A stretch of 32,000 nucleotides of DNA from Acaryochloris thomasi RCC1774. Its GTDB lineage: Bacteria; Cyanobacteriota; Cyanobacteriia; Thermosynechococcales; Thermosynechococcaceae. A model generated the notes under the pieces. The model was not told where the DNA came from. It made no database searches and worked only from the letters and a program-made list of their open reading frames with translations. Positions 19,621 to 26,538 of this stretch are shown one piece after another. Positions within the stretch are counted from its first letter, which is position 1. Each line of letters opens with the position of its first letter. The translations under genes and the position numbers were made by a program. The stretch spans positions 210,001-242,000 of the forward strand of contig NZ_PQWO01000002.1 of assembly GCF_003231495.1 (NCBI RefSeq), given 5' to 3'.

Positions 19621-20017
19621 TTGGGAGTTGAAGCTGGCGAATAAAATTCGCGCTCACAAGAACGAGGTCTGCCTCCGCAAGCTATACGAATCAAGGCTTC
19701 TGATAATCTGTGCAGGCGGATTTTGTCTTTGTAGCTGCGGTGCCCACCGCCAAGTGAGAAAGTTTTGTCAGTCAACTCATCAAATATTAGAAAATCCTAT
19801 GTTGGCAGAGACGTCCTTAAGAAACATGACGCTTTTAGTGAACTAATGATAATTCTCATCAATGCAATGACGGATTTGTCTTCGTCAGTGCCCATACTGG
19901 AAGTTGTTTTGGGGTCTGTTAGTCATCCGGCTTATGGATGATGCACTGTCACTGTATAAGCTGCGATGTTCTAGCTATTTTTGAAATTGCTAATAATCGT
20001 TGTGGATGAGGTTTTCA

Positions 20018-20281
20018 ATGACTAATACTAATGCTGAAGCCAACAGCAAAAAAATGGTAGCGGGTATCTGCGGCATTCTTCTCGGAGCGCTTGGTGTTCA
20101 TAAGTTTGTGCTGGGCTACACCAAAGAAGGACTGATTATGCTGCTTGTCTCAGTTCTGACCTGTGGTTTTGCCTCTCCTGTTATGGGAGTTATTGGCTTA
20201 GTTGAAGGGATTATGTACCTTACGAAGTCGGACGAAGAATTTTATACAACGTATATGGCAGCTGAAAAGGGCTGGTTCTAG
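20018..20281 (+). CDS. TM2 domain-containing membrane protein
   Basis: KKMVAGICGILLGALGVHKFVLGYTKEGLIMLLVSVLTCG is a typical TM2 two-helix motif. The ORF-track start at 20000 is TTG. The ATG at 20018 has GAGG 6 nt upstream and is preferred. Confidence 0.75.
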   Translation: MTNTNAEANSKKMVAGICGILLGALGVHKFVLGYTKEGLIMLLVSVLTCGFASPVMGVIGLVEGIMYLTKSDEEFYTTYMAAEKGWF

Positions 20282-20302
20282 TATTGCGGTGGGTGGGGCC
20301 TT

Positions 20303-20737
20303 GTGGTGTCTGTATTGAAACATTCTTTGTCTAGACAAGGTTGTCGTAGACGTTGGGGATTTTTAGGACTCTTCTCAACACCGTTGTTAGGAGCTGTTAC
20401 CTATGGCCAGGGATATAAGCTGTCATTTTTAGCCTGTCCTATCCGGCATTTCACAGGGGTTCCCTGCCCGACCTGCGGGATGACGCGATCATTTACGGCA
20501 GTTGCCCAAGGTCACTGGGGGCCAGCCATCAATTTCCATTTGTTTGGCCCTGCCTTATTTGTTGTCTTGAGCGGGACTGTTCTGCACCTCGCTGTCGAGC
20601 TAGCAACTCGACAAAGATATTCCACGGTTTATACCCAATTAATCAACCGCAGAAGTTTTCAGATTGTGAGTCTCTGCATATATTTAGGGTATTACTGGGT
20701 GCGTTTGGTCTGGCTTGGCTATCCTGATGAATTTTGA
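20303..20737 (+). CDS. DUF2752 domain-containing membrane protein
   Basis: 144 aa. CPIRHFTGVPCPTCGMTRSF is the signature Cys-rich motif of DUF2752, followed by TM helices. It has a GTG start 21 nt after the TM2 gene stop. Confidence 0.75.
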   Translation: MVSVLKHSLSRQGCRRRWGFLGLFSTPLLGAVTYGQGYKLSFLACPIRHFTGVPCPTCGMTRSFTAVAQGHWGPAINFHLFGPALFVVLSGTVLHLAVELATRQRYSTVYTQLINRRSFQIVSLCIYLGYYWVRLVWLGYPDEF

Positions 20738-21002
20738 ACAGAATAGCCCTGTGCCTTCCGCTCTGTCTTACGCAAATCTTGAAATCAATCTTGATCATTT
20801 GAATAGCCTGATGATATCCCCTCAAACTCGGAAACGGTCTCTATTACTCGGAATTACCTTGCTCTCTCTTGGTAGCTTTAGCACGGTTTATAGCTTAGAT
20901 ATCAATCTCCTGTTCAAGCTCTATGGACTCCTCTTCACTTGCCAAATTGGCTTTCTGCTATTTTTCTTGAGTCGCATGCGGTTTAGCAATCGCCGATGCT
21001 GA
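20715..21002 (+). CDS. Hypothetical small membrane protein
   Basis: 95-aa ORF overlapping the DUF2752 gene end by 23 nt (alternative ATG at 20727). It has two hydrophobic segments (LLLGITLLSLGSF, LLFTCQIGFLLFFL). No family is recognised. Support is position in a same-strand gene run. Confidence 0.35.
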   Translation: MAILMNFEQNSPVPSALSYANLEINLDHLNSLMISPQTRKRSLLLGITLLSLGSFSTVYSLDINLLFKLYGLLFTCQIGFLLFFLSRMRFSNRRC

Positions 21003-21033
21003 CGCACACTTTTCTTTAGGTATCGGGGTAAAT

Positions 21034-21831
21034 ATGAATAATCCGAATCAAAATGATCTTAATGCTGTAATGCAGAGAGGCTATACCGTTGATATTGGCG
21101 GCTTTATCACCCGGGGCTGGGAAATTCTGCAAGAAGACATGGGAAACTTTATTGGCTTCACTTTGCTGATGGCGGGCCTTTTAGTCGCTGTCGGTATTGT
21201 TGTTCTCGTCATGTTTATTACAATCATTGGCATCCCGTTTGCCATTCTGCTGGCGCTGCTAGCCGGTCCACTTGTGATTGCTCCCCTCTCCGCAGGTTTT
21301 TTCGTCTTTGCATTCAAAAAGATAAAGCGACAACCAACTGAGTTCTCGGACTTCTTTAAAGGATTTCAGAATAACAACTTTCTGCCAATTTTTCTGTCTT
21401 CACTTGTGATCAGTCTGATTACTGCTGTTTGTAGTGCGCCAGGACAGATTGTGAACTACATTGCAGTATTTAGTTCTATTGGTTCTGAAAGCTATGAGCC
21501 GAGTGTTGTCTTGCAAGCTATATCTGGGCTCTTAAGCCTTGTTGGTTCTATCGCGGGTGCTTGTATCACCGCTTTCTACTGTTTTAGTGTTCCATTTATT
21601 GTGGCGCGCAAAATGCCTTTCTGGACCGCGATGGAAGCTAGCCGAAAATTAGTCATGCGGCAATGGTTTGGTATATTCCTGCTCCTGATTGTGCTGACTC
21701 TGATCAATATTGCAGGTCTAATACCCTGTGGCTTGGGCTTAATACTCACCGTCCCATTGACGTCGTGTGTGATTGCCGCAGCCTATGAAAGCATCGTAGG
21801 CTTACCTACCTCTGATCTCTCGCAGACATAA
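21034..21831 (+). CDS. Polytopic membrane protein (DUF975/YciC-like topology)
   Basis: 265 aa. A short cytoplasmic N-terminus is followed by about 5-6 TM helices. The ATG is preceded by GGGG. The family assignment is tentative. Confidence 0.55.
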   Translation: MNNPNQNDLNAVMQRGYTVDIGGFITRGWEILQEDMGNFIGFTLLMAGLLVAVGIVVLVMFITIIGIPFAILLALLAGPLVIAPLSAGFFVFAFKKIKRQPTEFSDFFKGFQNNNFLPIFLSSLVISLITAVCSAPGQIVNYIAVFSSIGSESYEPSVVLQAISGLLSLVGSIAGACITAFYCFSVPFIVARKMPFWTAMEASRKLVMRQWFGIFLLLIVLTLINIAGLIPCGLGLILTVPLTSCVIAAAYESIVGLPTSDLSQT

Positions 21832-21865
21832 ACCGGTATTAAGTTGACTGAGTATCTTTAACAAC

Positions 21866-21910
21866 AAAAGCTGCTGATGAGGCCTAAAATTCTCTTGGTC
21901 AGCAGCTTTT
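21866..21910. terminator. Bidirectional stem-loop terminator (12-bp perfect stem)
   Basis: AAAAGCTGCTGA (21866-21877) is the exact reverse complement of TCAGCAGCTTTT (21899-21910). The loop is 21 nt. It is followed by ATTTTTCTG on the plus strand and flanked by an A-run on the other side. It sits between the convergent 21034-21831 and DoxX genes. Confidence 0.6.
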
Positions 21911-21971
21911 ATTTTTCTGTCTTGTGTGAATGCCGAGACTGTTACTACGGAGACTGCCTCAGTCTTCAGGA

Positions 21972-22463
21972 TCAGGAATTAGACTTCTCTAGTTGCTTCG
22001 CAATGAGGCTATCAATAGAAAATAAACCACCGCCGTTGAATACGCAGAACAAGTACATCCCTGCGTAGAGTGCTGCTGTTTCAAAGGACGCGATCACGAA
22101 CCCGTCTTCGCAAATGTGGAAGTAAACTGCCATCACCATTGTGAAGAGCAAGCCGATAGCCGCAGGGCGGGTCAGTAAGCCCAGAATCAGCAGGACTGCC
22201 CCGATGATTTCGGTGTAGGCGGCGCAGTAAGTCAAGAAGGTCGGGAACGGTAGCCCCATTGTTTGTGACACAACGTAGGATGCAAACCCCTGCACGTCTA
22301 ATAGCTTACCGACGCCGTTGTGGATCATCATGCCTCCTGCGATCACTCGTAGGGCAGTCCACGCCAGTTGAAATAAGAGATTGGAATCTTGGTTGGAGCT
22401 GAAGAGCAGTGAGAGTAGGCTCGGTGACTCTTCGACTGCTGTTACAGATGCTGTTTTTGCCAT
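21972..22463 (-). CDS. DoxX family membrane protein
   Basis: 163 aa with four TM helices. RVIAGGMMIHNGVGKL and IIGAVLLILGLLTRPAAIGLLFTM resemble the DoxX family. Confidence 0.7.
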   Translation of the reverse strand: MAKTASVTAVEESPSLLSLLFSSNQDSNLLFQLAWTALRVIAGGMMIHNGVGKLLDVQGFASYVVSQTMGLPFPTFLTYCAAYTEIIGAVLLILGLLTRPAAIGLLFTMVMAVYFHICEDGFVIASFETAALYAGMYLFCVFNGGGLFSIDSLIAKQLEKSNS

Positions 22464-22493
22464 AGTTTTAAGTCCGTTGGTGTGATGGGGGCT

Positions 22494-22958
22494 TTAACTC
22501 TGGTTCATAATCTTTTGGACAATCTCCATGCCTGTGAAAGCTTCCCAGCCAAAGAGACCGAGAATGATTGCGCTCACGGCCAGGTGGAAGTTGCGGGCCA
22601 TGAGGCTGCCCCTTTGCATAAACGGAGATAGGCTAGCTGCGATCGCAACTAACCCTGTCATTCCCAGACCCGCGATCAAATGTGGTCCGACAAATAGCTT
22701 GCCGTTATTAACGTAGGTCACCCCAATGCCGCCAATGGATCCCAAAACCATCAGGGACAGCAAAATGGCGCCGACTTGATGATGCTTGATATGGAATCGG
22801 CCCTTGATTAACTGCTTGCGCTCCTCTCCCGCCACGGCTCTGATCTTTCGAACTTTGAGACCCAAATACATGGCATAGATGCAGAGCGCGAACACCGTCC
22901 ACATCAGCACCGGATGGAAATAGGTAAATAGGGCCTTGAGAAGAGCAGAGAGGCTCAT
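22494..22958 (-). CDS. DUF4079-like membrane protein
   Basis: 154 aa with four TM helices carrying conserved His residues (YFHPVLMW, IKHHQVGAILL, GPHLIAG, NFHLAVS). This pattern is seen in the cyanobacterial/plant DUF4079 family. The family call is from memory. Confidence 0.5.
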   Translation of the reverse strand: MSLSALLKALFTYFHPVLMWTVFALCIYAMYLGLKVRKIRAVAGEERKQLIKGRFHIKHHQVGAILLSLMVLGSIGGIGVTYVNNGKLFVGPHLIAGLGMTGLVAIAASLSPFMQRGSLMARNFHLAVSAIILGLFGWEAFTGMEIVQKIMNQS

Positions 22959-23050
22959 AGAGATGATAAAGATCCAGAGTTGCTTAACTAATCTTTATAA
23001 AAACTAGCATATCCTTAATAAAGACCAATTGATTGATTGAGATTGCTGAT

Positions 23051-23764
23051 ATGCAACACAACGCTCATGATGCAGCGACAGAGGGCGCTGTGTCGCGCGA
23101 TTTAGAAGCACTGATCTTTGATATGGACGGGGTTCTCTGTGACACGATGCCGTTCCATTTAGCTGCTTGGCTGCAGTACAGCTCCACCGTTCCTGAGCTA
23201 GCTGGGGCCAGTCAAGAGCGGCTAGAGCAGATGGGAGGTAAGCGCAATCAAGAGCTTTTGCCTGAGCTGCTTGGTCGCCCTGTTCCTAAAGCGGATGTTC
23301 GGCGCTGGGGAGCTGAGAAAGAGGCTGTTTATCGAGATATGATTCGAGGCCGCATTGAGTGGTTACCTGGCCTCGTCGAGTTTTTAACTCAGGCCCAGGC
23401 TAAGGGACTGCGGCTGGGTCTAGGAACCTCTGCTTGCCGAGAAAATGTAGAGCTATTGCTTGCCCATGAAAACCTGGGTGATTTCTTTGAGGTGCGGGTC
23501 ATTGATGCTGATGTTGAGCGGGGTAAGCCGGACCCGCAATGTTACTCGCTAGTGGCTGAACGGCTTGGGATCGCGCCAGAAAAGTGCCTGGTGTTTGAAG
23601 ATGCAACGGCGGGCGTGCAGGCGGCTCGCAATGCGGGGATGGCCTGTTGGGGAGTGCTGACCACCTGTTCTGCGGTCGCGCTCCATGATGCTGGAGCTGA
23701 ATACTGCATCAAAAACTTTCAAGATTCTTGTTTGCCCGTTATCATGCCTCAAGCATCGGTTTAA
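23051..23764 (+). CDS. HAD-superfamily hydrolase (beta-phosphoglucomutase-like subfamily IA)
   Basis: Motif I is LIFDMDGVLCDT, motif II is LGLGTSA, and motifs III/IV are KPDP...VFEDATAGVQAARNAGM. The ORF-track start at 23033 is TTG. The ATG at 23051 is preferred. Confidence 0.82.
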   Translation: MQHNAHDAATEGAVSRDLEALIFDMDGVLCDTMPFHLAAWLQYSSTVPELAGASQERLEQMGGKRNQELLPELLGRPVPKADVRRWGAEKEAVYRDMIRGRIEWLPGLVEFLTQAQAKGLRLGLGTSACRENVELLLAHENLGDFFEVRVIDADVERGKPDPQCYSLVAERLGIAPEKCLVFEDATAGVQAARNAGMACWGVLTTCSAVALHDAGAEYCIKNFQDSCLPVIMPQASV

Positions 23765-23784
23765 GGTCAGGGCAAGAAAAAATA

Positions 23785-23827
23785 GGAGGCGCTCGGCTGA
23801 TACCTCGATAATCAGCCGAGCGCCTCC
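23785..23827. terminator. Strong bidirectional intrinsic terminator (17-bp perfect GC-rich stem)
   Basis: GGAGGCGCTCGGCTGAT (23785-23801) is the exact reverse complement of ATCAGCCGAGCGCCTCC (23811-23827). The loop is 9 nt. On the minus strand the stem is followed by ATTTTTTCTT, a canonical rho-independent terminator for the halogenase transcript. It also lies 21 nt past the HAD stop. Confidence 0.85.
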
Positions 23828-23869
23828 ATCGTTTGGCGATGGGATGGAACCCTTGTATTTACCAGTAGC

Positions 23870-25459
23870 CTACGCAGCGGCTCTGAATGAGTGATTTTGG
23901 TGTAGGCTCTGTAGTGCTTGATGGGTGCTGGGTAGCTGCTGAGCCAGAGCGTTGGTTCTCAGACGAATATCGGCAAAGATCTGCTCAGCTTTCTCAACAG
24001 CTTGCGGGTTGTGCTCTAAAATCGGTGGACTTTGGTCTGGATAGACGCCCATTCCGGCTAGAACGCAGTAGTAGTTAGAGTTAGACCAAAAATTCTCGAA
24101 TTCAAAATCGAAGGCGCTATAGTAGTCGGCGGAATTGGAGACCACGGCACCCACGGGTAAACCAGCCTTGTAAAGATCAAGTTTTTCTTGAATCGAGTCA
24201 GACTTTTTCAGGTCATAGCGATTAGTCTGCCAAAAGACAGTATCTTCGCGTCCCGTGGTGAAGTAGTGCATCTGTACGAAGTCGCGGCAGTCGTCAAACA
24301 TCCAGGTGACTTTGCGGTTGAACTGTTTTTGGAGCTGTGGCTCCAGTGCTTGAGATGGCCAATGCTTCACGAGCTGGTAAAGGGTGGCATAGATAAAGTA
24401 AATTCCGGTGGACTCCAGGGGTTCTAAGAAGCTTGATGCTAAGCCAATGCCGACGCAGTTCTTGACCCAGGCGCGCTCAGTACGGCCCACGCGGAACTTA
24501 AGATGCTTGAGGGGCTGTCGTTCATCTAAGTTCCAAAGTTGCTGAAACTCTTGGGTGGCTTCGTCTTGGGAGCAGCTCTGGCTGGAATATACGTATCCGG
24601 TGCCGAAGCGTCCCTGCATTGGGGTTTTCCAGGTCCAGCCGTGCTTCATGGCGATGGCTGAGGTATAAGGTTCGATGCCGTGCTGATCGTCGTCATGGGG
24701 AACGGGTGTGGCGACGGCGGAATCACACAGGAGGGCGTCGTTCATTTCTATAAATGGCTCGCTGAGTGCCTTACCCAGCAGTAGGGAACGGAAGCCAGAG
24801 CAGTCAATGAAGAGATCGGCAGTTAGCTGTTGGCCGGTTTTGGTTAGTACCGACTGGATATTGCCAGTTTCGGGGGATAGAGCAACCTCAACGACGTCAT
24901 CGACGATCCGGTTGACGCCTCTTTCTGTTGACCATTTTGTGAGATATTCGGCGACCAGATGAGCGTCAAAGTGCCAGGCGTAGTACATGGCAGGGTTGCG
25001 ATCGCAAAACACCGGACTCAGCTTCTGATCCAGTAGCGCTGCCTCAGAATAGCAAGCATACTGCATGGCCCCTGCCGTCTCACCTGCGAGGTGCTTCCGC
25101 AGCCAATATTGCTGGAGTGGAATGCCCTCACAGGTCGGCATCCCGCCAAAAATATGATAGAAGGATTTATCAGGCCGTCCAGGCGATGGGGTTTGGCTCC
25201 AGTTAACAAACTTGACCCCAACCTTGTAAGAACCATTGACCTGCTGCATCCACTCTTCTTCAGGAATACCTAGAAAGTTAAAGAAGACCTGCTGCAGGCT
25301 GGGCAAGGTGGCCTCGCCGACGCCAATTTTCTTGACGACATCTGACTCAATGAGAGAAATCTCTACATCGTTGCCCAGCGCCTTGGTCAGATAAGAAGCT
25401 GTCATCCAGCCCGCAGTGCCGCCGCCGACAATCAAGATTTTTTGGATGGGTTGGTTCAT
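23870..25459 (-). CDS. Flavin-dependent tryptophan halogenase (PrnA/RebH class)
   Basis: 529 aa, collinear with RebH/PrnA as I recall those sequences. Matches are the FAD site ILIVGGGTAGWMTASYL, GVGEATLP, NGSYKVGVKFVNW (Lys at residue 79 by direct count), YAWHFDAHLVAEYL, DCSGFRSLL, SAIAMKHGWTWKTPMQGRFGTGYVYSS, FLEPLESTGIYF (catalytic Glu) and WSNSNYYCVLAGMG. Confidence 0.92.
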   Translation of the reverse strand: MNQPIQKILIVGGGTAGWMTASYLTKALGNDVEISLIESDVVKKIGVGEATLPSLQQVFFNFLGIPEEEWMQQVNGSYKVGVKFVNWSQTPSPGRPDKSFYHIFGGMPTCEGIPLQQYWLRKHLAGETAGAMQYACYSEAALLDQKLSPVFCDRNPAMYYAWHFDAHLVAEYLTKWSTERGVNRIVDDVVEVALSPETGNIQSVLTKTGQQLTADLFIDCSGFRSLLLGKALSEPFIEMNDALLCDSAVATPVPHDDDQHGIEPYTSAIAMKHGWTWKTPMQGRFGTGYVYSSQSCSQDEATQEFQQLWNLDERQPLKHLKFRVGRTERAWVKNCVGIGLASSFLEPLESTGIYFIYATLYQLVKHWPSQALEPQLQKQFNRKVTWMFDDCRDFVQMHYFTTGREDTVFWQTNRYDLKKSDSIQEKLDLYKAGLPVGAVVSNSADYYSAFDFEFENFWSNSNYYCVLAGMGVYPDQSPPILEHNPQAVEKAEQIFADIRLRTNALAQQLPSTHQALQSLHQNHSFRAAA

Positions 25460-25605
25460 GATAATTCTCGCTTCGTTGTAAAAATATTGGCATCACAATC
25501 TCTCTGCACTCTGCAAGCAGGCTGCCCCGGCTTTTTACCTTCGCTGCTTGATCGTGCCGCTAGGATTGTCTATTCAGGAGTTCTGTACGCAATACTTGAG
25601 TCGTT

Positions 25606-26538
25606 CTAATTCATTCGTGCTAGTGCTGGTGACTCTACGAGTCGATGATGCGGCTCTGGAGACACAACGCTAGACATCAGATATTCAATTGTTTGCTGCT
25701 TGACCCACCCGTGGCCGGACAGTATTTCTCCGAGGCGCTGATGTCGGCTCTGCTGTTCTAAAAGGGCTAGATCCAACTGCTCTAAAGTAATGAGACCGGC
25801 CTCTAGGAGATGGGTGCCCAGGCGAATGGGCTGCTGGACCGGGATGGAGACAGGGTGTTTTTTCGCGTAGGCCAGCATTTCGTCGGTAAATGCAGTAAAG
25901 ACTTCAAAGATGCGATCGACGATCGCGAGCTTCTCAGCCCGATCTTCATTGGTTAACTCAAGCTCTTCGATGATGGGGACAACATCGTCTGAACTGTAGG
26001 TGTGGGCTGAATCAACCTCAAGGTGACCACTGCCAAAGTATCGATACCTCTGATGCGTTTTTGCTTCCAGGGACTGAATGATTTTTGCTGAAGCCGTTAG
26101 CAACACATTTCCGGTTGACTCCACCACTTCAATCACAACTAGCTTCTGGGCGGGAGAACATTGGTGGGTGTAGTGGTACAGCTCCTGGGTTACGCGCTGG
26201 GCGCAGACTGTTTCTTCATTCCAGAGGATTGCTAAGGCTTCTCGAAAGCTGAGATCTGGATTAAGACCTAATTTTTCTAAGTCCTCTAAAAACCAAACCC
26301 AGTGGTAATCGTCTTCATAGGTGTGCTGATTTATAATCGCCTGCAGCGGATCATCGCTGCTTTCATCTCGTAATACGTTCTTGTTGAGTTCTCCAAAACT
26401 CATCACGAAAGGGGCTGCACAGGGTGCAAACGCGAATCGCTGCCTGGGAGAAATACTGTCGTCTCTGAGATAGTCAAAAAATGGAAGCTGAGAAAAGTCT
26501 TTTTTCCTCTGCTCAATATATTGAAGGATAGGCTTCAT
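25606..26538 (-). CDS. Candidate heme-oxygenase-like diiron oxidase (HDO / iron-containing redox enzyme family) fused to a C-terminal MshEN-like c-di-GMP-binding motif pair
   Basis: 310 aa. GAGGA lies 9 nt upstream of the ATG. Residues 1-225 are helical with candidate metal ligands H72/E75/H79, E137/E140 and H172-x3-D176-x2-H179. Residues 239-262 (RLGTHLLEAGLITLEQLDLALLEQ) and 268-291 (RLGEILSGHGWVKQQTIEYLMSSV) are separated by 5 residues. The enzyme family is inferred from motifs, not from an alignment. Confidence 0.55.
   Translation of the reverse strand: MKPILQYIEQRKKDFSQLPFFDYLRDDSISPRQRFAFAPCAAPFVMSFGELNKNVLRDESSDDPLQAIINQHTYEDDYHWVWFLEDLEKLGLNPDLSFREALAILWNEETVCAQRVTQELYHYTHQCSPAQKLVVIEVVESTGNVLLTASAKIIQSLEAKTHQRYRYFGSGHLEVDSAHTYSSDDVVPIIEELELTNEDRAEKLAIVDRIFEVFTAFTDEMLAYAKKHPVSIPVQQPIRLGTHLLEAGLITLEQLDLALLEQQSRHQRLGEILSGHGWVKQQTIEYLMSSVVSPEPHHRLVESPALARMN

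Noticed and set aside
19590-19846. ORFs 19628-19846 (+) and 19590-19775 (-) in the gap after the MnmC-like gene
   Set aside because: They overlap each other on opposite strands, are Cys/Arg-rich with no motif, and have no ribosome-binding context. I treat 19621-20017 as non-coding leader/promoter for the TM2 operon. Small hairpins there (GCGAAT-aaa-ATTCGC at 19635-19649, GCGGTG..CACCGC near 19737-19750) are too weak to call.
21877-22068. ORF 21877-22068 (+), 63 aa
   Set aside because: It starts inside the terminator stem-loop and runs antisense into the 3' end of the DoxX gene. Its translation looks arbitrary.
23685-23894. ORF 23685-23894 (+), 69 aa
   Set aside because: It overlaps the HAD gene end out of frame, reads straight through the 17-bp-stem terminator, and runs into the halogenase 3' end. 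It is an artefact of the hairpin region.
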